NCBI GenBank assembly: GCA_035605575.1
Contig: DASTCJ010000040.1
Coordinates: 28,771 to 92,770 of the forward strand
Length of the DNA stretch: 64,000 bases
Direction of reading: 5' to 3'
DNA from: Candidatus Methylomirabilota bacterium
GTDB lineage: Bacteria; Methylomirabilota; Methylomirabilia; Rokubacteriales; CSP1-6
Shown: one piece after another, positions 1 to 9,530 of the stretch
How the letters are laid out: the number at the start of each line of letters is the position of its first letter
Numbering within the stretch: the stretch's first letter is position 1
Translations under genes and position numbers: made by a program
The notes under the pieces: model-generated
What the model was told of the DNA's origin: nothing
The model's database searches: none
Seen by the model: only the letters and a program-made list of their open reading frames with translations

Positions 1-782
1 TGCGCGCGGCCGTCAAACGCGGCGTGCGCGTGCTCGCCATCACCGATCACGACTCGACCGACGGCCTGGCGGCGGCGCGGGCGGAGGCGGCGCAGCATCC
101 GCCGCTGATCATCGTGCCCGGCCTCGAGATCAACTGCGACGTCCCGGGTGCGGAGGTCCACGTGCTCGGCTACTACGTCGACGACGCGGCGGGCTGGTTC
201 CAGGACTTCCTGCGCGAGCAGCGTGCCGAGCGGGTCGCGCGCGTCCATCGGATCGCCGAGCGCCTGGCCGAGCTCGGGATGCCGATCGATCTTGCCGATG
301 TGTTCGCCCTCGTGCGGGAAGGGTCGGCGGGCCGGCCGCACGTGGCGCAGGTGATGGTCCAGCGCGGGTACGTGAAATCCGTCCGCGAGGCGTTCGACCG
401 CTGGCTGCACACGAACGGCCCGGCCAACGTTCCGCGGCGCCGTCTCACCCCCGAAGACGCCGTTGCGATCATCCGCCGTGCCGGCGGCGTGCCGGTCTTC
501 GCCCATCCGGGTCTCGCCGGGCGCGACGAGCTCATTCCCGACATGATCGCGGCCGGGCTGATGGGCATCGAGACTTACTACGCCGAGCACTCGGCCACGC
601 AAACCGCTCACTACAAAGAGCTCTGCCGCGCGTACGGTCTCGTCGCCACCGGCGGCTCCGACTATCACGGCGAGCGCAGCGGCCGCACGAACCCGCTCGG
701 CCACCCGCCGGTGCCCATGAGCGTGTTCGAAGAGCTGCAGCAAGCAGCAGAACGAGCGACAACAGCGAGGCCGAACGGTTGA
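1..782 (+). CDS. PHP-domain metal-dependent phosphoesterase (TrpH/YciV-like), 5' end outside window
   Basis: The frame of ORF 24..782 is open to the window edge. Motifs 'RVLAITDHDSTDGL', 'HVLGYY', 'FAHPG' and 'GGSDYHG' fit PHP-family metal ligands. The first His motif is expected upstream of the window. Confidence 0.75.
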   Translation, partial: RAAVKRGVRVLAITDHDSTDGLAAARAEAAQHPPLIIVPGLEINCDVPGAEVHVLGYYVDDAAGWFQDFLREQRAERVARVHRIAERLAELGMPIDLADVFALVREGSAGRPHVAQVMVQRGYVKSVREAFDRWLHTNGPANVPRRRLTPEDAVAIIRRAGGVPVFAHPGLAGRDELIPDMIAAGLMGIETYYAEHSATQTAHYKELCRAYGLVATGGSDYHGERSGRTNPLGHPPVPMSVFEELQQAAERATTARPNG

Positions 783-887
783 AGAAACGGTCGACTGCGT
801 CGGAACGGTCGAACGCGGAGCGCAGCCACGACCATCTCGAACAGGCCACCCACGCCTCAAGCCGGAAATAGCGCCATCGCTACAACA

Positions 888-1241
888 ATCCAGATCTTCG
901 GGTTCAATGACTGCCAGGATACGCGGAAAGCCCAGCGGTTCTTCGCCGAGCGCCGCATCACCGTCCACTACGTGGACCTCGCGCAGCGCCCGGCGTCGAA
1001 GGGCGAGCTGCGACGCTTCGCCGAGAGATTCGGCGCCGCCGCCTTGATCGACAAGGCAGGCGCGCGCTACAAGGCGCTCGGACTGCGCGTGGCACTCGAC
1101 TCGCCGACGCGGCTGCTCGAGCGCGCCCTGACCGAGCCGCGGCTGCTGCGCACGCCGCTCGTCCGCAACGGAGGCAAGGTAACGATCGGCTTGGCGCCGG
1201 ACGAGTGGCAGGCATGGGTCGATGCGGCCAAGAGCGGATAG
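888..1241 (+). CDS. ArsC/Spx-family (YffB-like) thioredoxin-fold protein; start codon unresolved
   Basis: The track ORF is 972..1241 (GTG), but the same frame is open from 783. It encodes 'IQIFGFNDCQDTRKAQRFFAERRITVHYVDL', the conserved N-terminal Cys unit of this family. There is no ATG/GTG/TTG in 783-971; ATC occurs at 876 and 888. Confidence 0.6.
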   Translation: MQIFGFNDCQDTRKAQRFFAERRITVHYVDLAQRPASKGELRRFAERFGAAALIDKAGARYKALGLRVALDSPTRLLERALTEPRLLRTPLVRNGGKVTIGLAPDEWQAWVDAAKSG

Positions 1242-2434
1242 TGCAGGCGCTCGACGGCTTGACCGTGCTGGACTGCGCGACCTTCGTGGCCGCGCCGTTC
1301 TGCTGCACGCTGCTCGGCGAGCTGGGCGCCAGCGTCATCAAGGTCGAGCAGCCGGGCGTCGGTGACGACCTGCGACGGCTCGGCCGGCGCGCTGCGGAGG
1401 GCGCGCCCGACTGGTGGCTGGTCGAATCGCGCAACAAGAAGTCGATCACGTGCAATCTCCGGGCGCCGGAAGGTCAGGCCTTGTTGAAGCGTCTCATCGC
1501 CTCCGCGGACGTCCTCGCCGAGAACTTCCGGCCGGGGACGATGGAGCGCTGGGGTCTCGGCTGGGACGACGTGGCGGCGGTGAATCGTGGTCTCGTGATG
1601 GTCCGTATCTCGGCCTTCGGGCAGACCGGGCCCGCGCGCGCGCGGCCGGGCTTCGGTCGCATCGCGGCGGCCGTGAGCGGCGCCTCGTATCTCTCGGGCT
1701 ATTCCGACCGCCCGCCGGTGAACCCGGGGACGCCGACCATTCCGGATTATCTCGCCGGTGTCTTCGGTGCCTTCGGCGCGCTGGCCGCGCTCCGCCATCG
1801 CGATCGCACGGGCGAAGGACAGGTCGTCGACATCGGGCTCTACGAGCCGATGCTGCGCATGCTCGACGAGCTCATCCCGGTCTACGGCGCCACCGGCTAC
1901 GTCCGGGAGCGCATCGGCTCGGGCACCGAGTACGTCGTGCCCCACAATCATTACCAGGCGAGCGACGGAACCTGGCTGGCCATCGCGTGCACGAACGATC
2001 GCATGTTCGCGCGGCTGGCCACGAAGGCCATGCGCGCGCCCGAGCTCGTGGAGCGCTATCCCACCATGACCGCGCGACTCGCGCACCGCCAGGAGGTCGA
2101 TCGCGCGGTGGCGCACTGGGTGGCCGCGCTTGCCGCCGACGAGGCGCTGGCGCATCTGGATGCCGCCGAGGTCCCGTGCTCGCGCGTCGCCAGCGTGCGC
2201 GACATTTTCGACGATGCGCAGGTCCGCGCGCGGGGCAACGTGGAGACGATCGCGAGCCCCCTCGGCGGCCTGCTCCACATGGCGGGTATCGTGCCGCGCC
2301 TGACGGCGACTCCCGGCATCGTGCGGCACGCCGGGCCCCTGGCCGTGGGCGAGCACAACGAGGAGATCTACTGCGGCCGGCTCGGCCTCAGCCGCCGGGA
2401 GCTCGATGAGCTAAAGGTGCGCGGCGTGGTCTGA
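1241..2434 (+). CDS. Class III (CaiB/BaiF family) CoA-transferase
   Basis: 'LDGLTVLDCATFVAAPFCCTLLGELGASVIKVE' is a typical family III N-terminus. GTG 1241 overlaps the upstream TAG. The ORF is also open from 1205. Confidence 0.8.
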   Translation: MQALDGLTVLDCATFVAAPFCCTLLGELGASVIKVEQPGVGDDLRRLGRRAAEGAPDWWLVESRNKKSITCNLRAPEGQALLKRLIASADVLAENFRPGTMERWGLGWDDVAAVNRGLVMVRISAFGQTGPARARPGFGRIAAAVSGASYLSGYSDRPPVNPGTPTIPDYLAGVFGAFGALAALRHRDRTGEGQVVDIGLYEPMLRMLDELIPVYGATGYVRERIGSGTEYVVPHNHYQASDGTWLAIACTNDRMFARLATKAMRAPELVERYPTMTARLAHRQEVDRAVAHWVAALAADEALAHLDAAEVPCSRVASVRDIFDDAQVRARGNVETIASPLGGLLHMAGIVPRLTATPGIVRHAGPLAVGEHNEEIYCGRLGLSRRELDELKVRGVV

Positions 2435-2597
2435 CGGCGGCCGCTGGGATCACCCTGGCGGCGATGTCGATCGCTGGACGGCCGGCCGGCTCCGATCGAC
2501 GCCGGCACGCCAGCCGTTCCTTCATTAGGAAAACGTTTGCACACGGCGGCGCGCCCAATCCGTATATCTACCTACTACGACAGGCGGTCCGTCCGGC

Positions 2598-3062
2598 ATG
2601 GCCTTGGTTCTGGGATTGCACATGGCTTCCCGTCTCGACCGCTTCGGGTACCCCGACTTCCGCGGCAACACCATCCTCGTCGTCGACGACCACCGGGACA
2701 GCCTCGAATACATGAAGCAGCTCCTGGAGTTTTGCAACGCGATCGTGGTGCCGGCGTGGTCCACGGCGCACGCGCGGACGGCGCTCGACCGCGGGGTACC
2801 GTCGCTCATCGTCTGCGACTTCCAGCTGCCCCGCGAGACGGGCGTCGACTTCGTCCGCTGGCTCCGGACGCTCCCCGATGCGCGGGCGCGGATTCCGGCG
2901 GTAGCGGTCACGGCCTTTCCGGAGGACTTCATCCAGCAGCAGGACGAATCGCTCGCCTTCGATGCCTACTTCGTGAAGCCGATCGAGGCGCCACGCTTTC
3001 TTCGCACGCTCGAGACGATTCTCTCGCGCTCGGCCGCGTCGAACCGGCCGCACTCCGCCTGA
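2598..3062 (+). CDS. Stand-alone response regulator receiver (CheY-like)
   Basis: 'ILVVDDHRDSLE', 'LIVCDFQLPRETGVDFVRWLR' and 'IPAVAVTAF' cover the acidic pocket, the phospho-Asp and the T/K positions. There is no output domain. Confidence 0.8.
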   Translation: MALVLGLHMASRLDRFGYPDFRGNTILVVDDHRDSLEYMKQLLEFCNAIVVPAWSTAHARTALDRGVPSLIVCDFQLPRETGVDFVRWLRTLPDARARIPAVAVTAFPEDFIQQQDESLAFDAYFVKPIEAPRFLRTLETILSRSAASNRPHSA

Positions 3063-4331
3063 TCACGCGGAGTTCGGGGCGAGGCCCCGGCCGCGCGTCT
3101 CGCTCACCAGCGTGGCCGCGAGCGCCGCCGCCACCGCGATGCCGAGGCACAGCGCGAACAGCGTACGATACGCGCCCGGCGGATAGACGCGCGCGCCCTG
3201 CGCGGCAAGCCCCTGCCAGCGCGCGTCGAGGACCATACCGCTCGCGAGCTGCACGAGGCCGAAGCCGAAGAAGATCGGCATGTTGCAGAAGCCGATGGAG
3301 AGGCCAACGCGAGCGGGATCGTTGACCTCGCGCACACAGGCGAAGACCAGCGCCAGGCCGCCGGCGGCAATGCCCATGAGAAGGAGAAACGGCGCGAGCC
3401 ACTCCCGGTCTAGCCGCCCGTCGCCGCCCGTGGCAAGCACGAGCCAGCCGGCGGCATAGAATCCGCTGAAGACGACGAACGTGCGGCGGCGCCGCCGCCA
3501 GCGGTCGGAGATGAAGCCCGCGAGCGGCGCGCCGATGCCGACACCGAGTCCGAGCAGGGCCATCATGGACGACGCGGAGACGCGGCCGAATCCATAGACC
3601 TGCGTGAGCCACGCCACGCCCCAGAGGCCCTGCAACGTCACCACCGTGGCGAACATCCCGGCCGCCGCCAGCACCGGCGGCCAACTGCGCGCGTTGGCAA
3701 CCACGCGCCCCATGCCCGCCAGCACGCTGCCCAGGCTCGCGCGCTCGGGCGGCGGCGCCGCGCCGGGCGGACGGTCGTGAACGATGACGAGCACGACGAG
3801 GGCGAGCACGAGCGTGGCCGCGCCGATGAGCACGAACGTCTCGCGCCACCCCGCCGCCTCCACGAGCAGCGCGAGCGGCAGCGAGGCGGCGAGGCCACCG
3901 ACGTTGCCGACAGTCTGCGTCCATCCCGCGGCCGTGGCGAACTCGTCGGCCCGCAACCAGGCTGCGATCAAACTCAGCCACGAGATCAGGATGACCGACG
4001 CCCCCACCGCCATGAGCAGCCGTCCGGCCACCGCCACCCCGAAGCTGGGCGCCAGCCCGAAGAGCGCCGTGCCGAATGCCATCGCCACGCCGCCGGCGGT
4101 CAGGGTGAGGCGCGGGCCGACGCCGTCCGCGAGGCTGCCCGCGATCAGCCCCATGGCAGCGAACACGTACGGATAGACGGCGGCCAGCAGCGCCAGCGAC
4201 GCGCCGGTGATGCCGAACGCGCGCATGACGTCGGCCGCGACCACGGCCGGCGCCACGCGATGGAAATAGGAGAAGAAGTAGAGCGTGGCCGGCAGCACGA
4301 CGACCACCAGCCGCGCGCGCCCGCCGCTCAC
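3063..4331 (-). CDS. MFS transporter
   Basis: 422 aa, about 12 hydrophobic segments, 'FFSYFHRVAPAV' N-terminus. The GTG start overlaps the upstream TGA (GTGA). Confidence 0.8.
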   Translation of the reverse strand: MSGGRARLVVVVLPATLYFFSYFHRVAPAVVAADVMRAFGITGASLALLAAVYPYVFAAMGLIAGSLADGVGPRLTLTAGGVAMAFGTALFGLAPSFGVAVAGRLLMAVGASVILISWLSLIAAWLRADEFATAAGWTQTVGNVGGLAASLPLALLVEAAGWRETFVLIGAATLVLALVVLVIVHDRPPGAAPPPERASLGSVLAGMGRVVANARSWPPVLAAAGMFATVVTLQGLWGVAWLTQVYGFGRVSASSMMALLGLGVGIGAPLAGFISDRWRRRRRTFVVFSGFYAAGWLVLATGGDGRLDREWLAPFLLLMGIAAGGLALVFACVREVNDPARVGLSIGFCNMPIFFGFGLVQLASGMVLDARWQGLAAQGARVYPPGAYRTLFALCLGIAVAAALAATLVSETRGRGLAPNSA

Positions 4332-5158
4332 GCGATGTACGCGGGGAAGATCCGGCGAAGAGTTTCGCGCGGGTTGATGCCGAGCAGCCCGTTCACGAGT
4401 CGGCGCGCTGCGCCCCGCACGGTGACGAACGTGATCGCCGCCTGCGCGAGCAGCCGTCCGCTCTCGTCCCAGGCGCCCACGCGGGTGTCCCAGTAGCGAG
4501 CGTCATCGGCGCGCGCATGCACGGCCGCCCGCTCGCCGGACACCTGCACCGAGCCGCCGGCGAGGCGGCCATGCAGGACCACGCGCAGCTCGGTGGTCAT
4601 CCCGGATTCGCCGGTGGCAAGGGCGCCGAGCCAGAAGGCCGCCTCGTCGAGCAGGGTCGTCAGCGCGACGGTGGCGAGCCCGCCGTCGGCGCCGAGGAAG
4701 CGTGCGTCCGGCGTCCACGTGCCCGCGACGCTCCGGTCGTCGAAGCGGAGCCGTGCTCGGAGGCCGATCGGGTTGTCGACACCGCAGGCGAAGCACGTGC
4801 CCGACACCGGCAGCGGCACGTCGCCGGAGGCCGGCGCACCGGTCGGCTCGACATTGGCCGCTCGCCGCACGTGGCCGTCGACCAGCACGGTGGCCGTTGC
4901 ATCGCGCACGTGGCAGGTCACTCCATCGGCCGCGTGCGCGGCGTCGAGGCTCAACGAAACGCCGAGCGGCACGCGACGGCGATAGTGGCCGACGATCTCG
5001 CGCGGCCCTCCGACCGCGGCGAGCGCATCGATGACGGCGAGCAGCGTGCCGCCGTGCGCGGTCTCCGGCAGGCCCTCGAAGCCGGGATCGAGCGTCAGGG
5101 TGCGAGCGTCGGGGGCGCCGCCGATGGCGGCGCGCAGCAGGGCATCCGTGGTCGGCAT
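4328..5158 (-). CDS. Tandem hotdog-fold (PaaI/4HBT-like) thioesterase
   Basis: Two hotdog-like halves: 'GLPETAHGGTLLAVIDALAA' and 'CFACGVDNPIGLRARL...LTTLLDEAAFWLGA'. ATG at 5158 (MPTTDALL) is preferred over the ORF start at 5194. Confidence 0.6.
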   Translation of the reverse strand: MPTTDALLRAAIGGAPDARTLTLDPGFEGLPETAHGGTLLAVIDALAAVGGPREIVGHYRRRVPLGVSLSLDAAHAADGVTCHVRDATATVLVDGHVRRAANVEPTGAPASGDVPLPVSGTCFACGVDNPIGLRARLRFDDRSVAGTWTPDARFLGADGGLATVALTTLLDEAAFWLGALATGESGMTTELRVVLHGRLAGGSVQVSGERAAVHARADDARYWDTRVGAWDESGRLLAQAAITFVTVRGAARRLVNGLLGINPRETLRRIFPAYIA

Positions 5159-5172
5159 GCGATAATCGCGCG

Positions 5173-6354
5173 GTGTCGCCCGCCATTTTCGCACATCGCG
5201 ACTTCGTGCGGGCGACCGTCATCAACTTCACGTTCTTTCTCGGCTTCAACGCCTTCGTGCTCTTGCCGCTGCACATCAAGGAGCTCGGCGGCAGCGAGAT
5301 CGAGATCGGCGTCGTGGTCGGCCTCTACAGCGCGGTCGGCATCGTCGCGCAGCCGCTCATCGGGCCTTGGGTCGACGCCATCGGGCGACGGCTGTTCATG
5401 CTGACGGGTACCGTGCTCGTCCTGGGCGCGGCCGCGCTGGCTGCGCTCTTCGACTCGATCGCCGTGCTCGCCTCCGTGCGTGTGCTCCAGGGCTTCGGCT
5501 TCTCGGCGTACTTCGTGGCGATGTTCTCGTACGTCGTCGATCTGGTGCCGCCGTCGCAGCGTGGCTGGGCGCTCGGGATCTACGGCGTGTCCGGGTTCGT
5601 GGCGACCGCCTTCGCTCCGCTCGGCGGTGAGCTGATCGTGCGGCGCGCCGGGTTCCGGCCGCTCTTCGCGGCCTCGGCCGCGATGGCGCTCGTTCCGCTG
5701 CTCCTGATCTCGCGCTTGCCGGAAACGCGCGCGACCGGCGCCGCCGCGCTGCCGGCGCGGGGCTGGCTACGCGCCGGCCTCGTGGACGTGCTGCAGCGGC
5801 ACATGGTGGTGACGTTCTACTTCGGGCTCGGCTCGGGCACGATCTTCGCGTTTCTGCCCACCTTCGCCGAAAGCCTGGCCGTGGCCGGCCTCTCGTTGTT
5901 CTACACGGCGTACGCGGCGGCCGCCATCGCGGTGCGCGTGTTTGGCGGCCGGCTGATCGACACGCGCGGCCGGCGTGCCGTCATCATCCCGTCGATGTTC
6001 CTGCAGATGGTCGGGCCCGCGCTGCTGGCCGTCGTCGGCTACACGGTCAGCCGCACGAGCGTCACGCCGGTGGTGCCGATCATCTTCCTGGCCGGCCTGG
6101 TGTCGGGCGCCGCCCACGGCTTTCTCTATCCCGGCCTCGCCGCGCTCGTGACGGATCTCACGCCCGCCGCGCGTCGAGCCACCGCGGTCGGTATCTTCAG
6201 CTCGATGTTCCTGCTCGGCCAGACGCTCGGCGCCGTCGTGTTCGGCACCGTGGCCCACGCGCTCGGGTATGCCTCGATGTGGACCGTGCTCACCATGCTG
6301 CTGCTCATCGGCTCGGCGATCTCGATGGGACTGGCGCCGGCGCCCGCGCGCTGA
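5173..6354 (+). CDS. MFS transporter
   Basis: 393 aa multi-TM protein with 'GPWVDAIGRRLFM', an MFS loop 2-3 type motif. Divergent from 4328..5158. Confidence 0.8.
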   Translation: MSPAIFAHRDFVRATVINFTFFLGFNAFVLLPLHIKELGGSEIEIGVVVGLYSAVGIVAQPLIGPWVDAIGRRLFMLTGTVLVLGAAALAALFDSIAVLASVRVLQGFGFSAYFVAMFSYVVDLVPPSQRGWALGIYGVSGFVATAFAPLGGELIVRRAGFRPLFAASAAMALVPLLLISRLPETRATGAAALPARGWLRAGLVDVLQRHMVVTFYFGLGSGTIFAFLPTFAESLAVAGLSLFYTAYAAAAIAVRVFGGRLIDTRGRRAVIIPSMFLQMVGPALLAVVGYTVSRTSVTPVVPIIFLAGLVSGAAHGFLYPGLAALVTDLTPAARRATAVGIFSSMFLLGQTLGAVVFGTVAHALGYASMWTVLTMLLLIGSAISMGLAPAPAR

Positions 6355-6381
6355 GCGTCGGGGCGCTATACTGGCCGGGCC

Positions 6382-7323
6382 ATGTCGACGCTCGAGGGCG
6401 ACGACCTCCGCTGGGCGCTGCAGCGCCGCATCGAGGACGTCTTTGCGAAGCTCGGCGAGAAGTTCGGCGACCTTACCGGCCGCGTCGAGACCGACATCCG
6501 GCCGAGCGTCTCCTTCGACGACATCGGCGGGCTTCACGCAGCCAAGACCATGCTCAAAGGGTTCGCCTACGCGCTGACGCGACCGGAGCTCTACGAGACC
6601 TGGGGCATCACGCCGCCGAAAGGCGTGCTGCTCTACGGGCCGCCGGGAACGGGCAAGTCGAAGCTCGCCCGCGCGCTGGCCACCGCGTCGCAGGCGATCT
6701 TCTATCACATCAAGCTCCTCAACCTCACGTCGAAGTTCGGCGCCAACACCGGCGAGCTGCTCCAGGAAATCCTGCGCATCGCCATCGCCGAGGGCCGCGG
6801 AGTGCTGTTCCTCGACGAGGCGGAAGCGCTCTCCCTCGAGCATCTGCTGCCGCCGCCGCAGGCGCGCGAGGCGAGCGCGCGGCTGGTGGCCACGCTGTGT
6901 GAGCGCCTGGACGGCGTGGCCAAGACGGCTCGCATCCTCGTGGTGGCCTCCACGAGCCGCACCGACGCCCTCGACTCGGCGCTCGTGGCGCCCGGGCGAC
7001 TCGACCATCTCGTCGAGGTCCCGCTGCCGGACGCCGACGAGCAGCGCGAGATTCTCGAGCTGCTCGCCTCGCGCACCGAGCGCGACGCCGGGCGCAAGCT
7101 GTTCCAGCCCATCGACTATCGCAAGCTGCTGCCGCTCCTGGGCGGCATGAGCGGGGCGGACATCACCGAGATCCTTCGGCGCGCGCTGGAGATGAAGGTC
7201 CGGCTGGTGGCCGAGGGCGGCACCGCGACCGACGTGACCACCGAGGATCTGCTCGAGGCGGTGGACCGCTACAAGCGCGTGCGCAGCGTGGTCGAGAAGA
7301 TCCGCTACGGCCAGTACCTGTGA
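6382..7323 (+). CDS. Compact classical-clade AAA+ ATPase with C-terminal GQYL
   Basis: Walker A 'GPPGTGKS', Walker B 'VLFLDEAE', SRH/Arg-finger region 'ALDSALVAPGRLD'. Single AAA module. The last residues are 'RYGQYL'. Confidence 0.85.
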   Translation: MSTLEGDDLRWALQRRIEDVFAKLGEKFGDLTGRVETDIRPSVSFDDIGGLHAAKTMLKGFAYALTRPELYETWGITPPKGVLLYGPPGTGKSKLARALATASQAIFYHIKLLNLTSKFGANTGELLQEILRIAIAEGRGVLFLDEAEALSLEHLLPPPQAREASARLVATLCERLDGVAKTARILVVASTSRTDALDSALVAPGRLDHLVEVPLPDADEQREILELLASRTERDAGRKLFQPIDYRKLLPLLGGMSGADITEILRRALEMKVRLVAEGGTATDVTTEDLLEAVDRYKRVRSVVEKIRYGQYL

Positions 7324-7727
7324 TCTCCTCGACGAAGATCCGTGTCCGGTACAAGGACACGGACTGCATGAAGGTCGTCTACTACGGCAACTACCTGACG
7401 TACTTCGAGGTCGCGCGGGTCGAGTTCCTGCGTCAGCAGGGCCATCCGATGTCCGAGGTGGACGAGAAGGTCCGGCTGCCGGTCGTGGAGGCGACGGTGC
7501 GGTACCACAAGCCGGCCACGCTCGACGAGCTCCTCGACGCGCGGTGCTGGATCGCCGAGCGCAAGCGCGCGAGCTTCCGGTTCGGCTACGAGCTCGTCAA
7601 CGAGCAGGGCGAGCGCGTCGCCAGCGGTGACACCCTGCACGCCTGCTGGGACCCCGGCACCAATAAAATGATTGCCATTCCGGACTGGTTGGTGCGCATC
7701 ATGCCGGTTGTTCCGCCTCGGCCGTAG
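7320..7727 (+). CDS. 4HBT/YbgC-family acyl-CoA thioesterase
   Basis: 'IRVRYKDTDCMKVVYYGNYLTYFEVARVEFLRQ' is a typical YbgC/4HBT N-terminus with the catalytic Asp. The GTG start overlaps the AAA+ stop (GTGA). Confidence 0.8.
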   Translation: MISSTKIRVRYKDTDCMKVVYYGNYLTYFEVARVEFLRQQGHPMSEVDEKVRLPVVEATVRYHKPATLDELLDARCWIAERKRASFRFGYELVNEQGERVASGDTLHACWDPGTNKMIAIPDWLVRIMPVVPPRP

Positions 7728-7769
7728 CGGTATAGTTCTGTTTCGGTCGGGCAGAGATCAGCCGAATTT

Positions 7770-8750
7770 ATGATCGAAGTTCAGAATCTGACGAAGCATT
7801 ACGGTCCCGTCACCGCCATCCAGGACGTGTCGTTCCGCGTGGCGCCCGGCGAAGTCGTCGGCTTTCTCGGGCCCAACGGCGCCGGGAAGTCCACCACGAT
7901 GCGCATCCTCTCCTGCTTCATGCCGGCCAGCGGCGGCACCGCGCGGGTGGCGGGCTACGACGTCTTCAGAGACTCGATGGAGGTGCGCAAGCGCATCGGC
8001 TACCTGCCGGAGAGCGTGCCGCTCTACAACGAGATGCGCGTGGCCCCATACCTGGATTTCGTGGCCGAGGTGAAAGGGGTGGGCCGCGGCGAGCGGCGCC
8101 GCCGCGTGGCCGACGCCATGGACCGCTGCCTGATCGCCGACGTGCAGAACCGGCTGATCGGCACGCTGTCGAAGGGCTACCGCCAGCGCGTCGGCCTCGC
8201 CCAGGCCCTCGTGAGCGATCCGCACGTGCTCATCCTCGACGAGCCGACGATCGGCCTCGATCCCCGGCAGATCGCCGAGATCCGAGCGCTCATCAAGTCG
8301 CTCGCGGGCGAGCACACGGTGATCCTGTCGACCCACATCCTGCCGGAAGTGTCGATGGTCTGCAGCTCGGTTGTCATCATCAACAAGGGCACGATCGTGG
8401 CTCAGGGCCCCATCGACATGCTGGTCGAGCAATTCTTTCCCTCGTCGCGCGTCGAGGTCGAGCTGGCCAAGGCCGATCCGGCCGCGCGGGCGGCCATGCG
8501 CGCCATCCCGGGTGTGGTGGGGGTGACGGAGCTCAGCGCGGATGGCGGCGGGCGCTACCTGGTGGAGTCGGCGCGCGGGCGCGACGTGCGCGCCGAGATC
8601 TTCCAGCTGGCCGCTGACCAGCACTGGAGCCTGCGCGAGCTGCGTCGTGTCGGCATGACGCTCGAAGAAGTATTCATGCGCGTCGTGGCCGGTGAGGAGA
8701 CCGCCCTCGACGGCGCTCCCGTCGAGCCGCCCGTGGAGCCCAAGCCATGA
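7770..8750 (+). CDS. ABC transporter ATP-binding protein (ABC-2/GldA-like)
   Basis: Walker A 'GPNGAGKST', signature 'LSKGYRQR', Walker B 'LILDEPT'. Confidence 0.9.
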   Translation: MIEVQNLTKHYGPVTAIQDVSFRVAPGEVVGFLGPNGAGKSTTMRILSCFMPASGGTARVAGYDVFRDSMEVRKRIGYLPESVPLYNEMRVAPYLDFVAEVKGVGRGERRRRVADAMDRCLIADVQNRLIGTLSKGYRQRVGLAQALVSDPHVLILDEPTIGLDPRQIAEIRALIKSLAGEHTVILSTHILPEVSMVCSSVVIINKGTIVAQGPIDMLVEQFFPSSRVEVELAKADPAARAAMRAIPGVVGVTELSADGGGRYLVESARGRDVRAEIFQLAADQHWSLRELRRVGMTLEEVFMRVVAGEETALDGAPVEPPVEPKP

Positions 8751-9526
8751 GGGTGTGGCCGATCTTCAAGAAGGAGATGCGCATCTTCTTCACGTCGGTC
8801 GTGGCCTACGTCATCCTGGCCATCTTCCTCCTCGTGATGGGCTGGTTCTTCTCGCAGATCTTCCAGTACTACGCGCAGGCCACCGTGCGCGCCGGGATGT
8901 CGCCGATGATGGGCCAGCAAGACCTGAACACGACCGACGGCATCCTGCGTCCGCTCTTCTCGAACATCGCGGTCATCCTCTTGCTGTCGCTCATGCCGCT
9001 GCTGACGATGCGTCTCTTCGCGGAGGAGCGACGCAGCGGAACCATCGAGCTCCTACTGACCTATCCGATCCGCGACGGCGCCGTCCTGCTCGGCAAGTAC
9101 ACGGCGGCCCTGGCCTTCTACGGCATCCTGCTCGCGCTCACCCTGCTCTATCCGCTGATGATCTTCTACATGGGCGGGCGCGTGGAGTGGGGCGCCGTGC
9201 TGACCGGGTACGTCGGCCTCCTGCTGCTCGGCTCGGCCTTCATGGCCGTCGGACTCTTCGCGTCCTCGCTCACGGAAAACCAGATCGTGGCCGCGGTGAC
9301 CACGTTCGGCATCCTGCTGATGTTCTGGGTCATCGGGTGGGGCGCCGATGCCGCCGGTGGGGCGTGGTGGGGCAAGCTGCTCCAGCACCTGTCCATCACC
9401 GATCACTTCGAGAGCTTCGGCAAAGGCGTGTTCGAGACCAAGGACATCATCTACTACGTCGACTTCACGCTGCTGGCGCTGTTCCTGACGCTGCGCTCGC
9501 TGGAGGCGCGCCGGTGGAAGGGCTAG
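8747..9526 (+). CDS. ABC-2 type permease (GldF-like)
   Basis: ATGA overlap with the ATPase gene. 6-TM protein with 'IFKKEMRIFFTSVVAYVILAIFL' and 'FAEERRSGTIELLLT' motifs of ABC-2 permeases. Confidence 0.85.
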   Translation: MRVWPIFKKEMRIFFTSVVAYVILAIFLLVMGWFFSQIFQYYAQATVRAGMSPMMGQQDLNTTDGILRPLFSNIAVILLLSLMPLLTMRLFAEERRSGTIELLLTYPIRDGAVLLGKYTAALAFYGILLALTLLYPLMIFYMGGRVEWGAVLTGYVGLLLLGSAFMAVGLFASSLTENQIVAAVTTFGILLMFWVIGWGADAAGGAWWGKLLQHLSITDHFESFGKGVFETKDIIYYVDFTLLALFLTLRSLEARRWKG

Positions 9527-9530
9527 GGCG

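Noticed and set aside
1067-2356. 429-aa ORF antisense to the CoA-transferase gene.
   Set aside because: It is a typical high-GC antisense shadow ORF with no motifs. The sense-strand gene has clear family signatures.
5767-7008. 413-aa antisense ORF spanning the MFS and AAA+ genes.
   Set aside because: It crosses an intergenic region and two well-supported sense genes, and its composition is Arg/Glu/Gly-rich.
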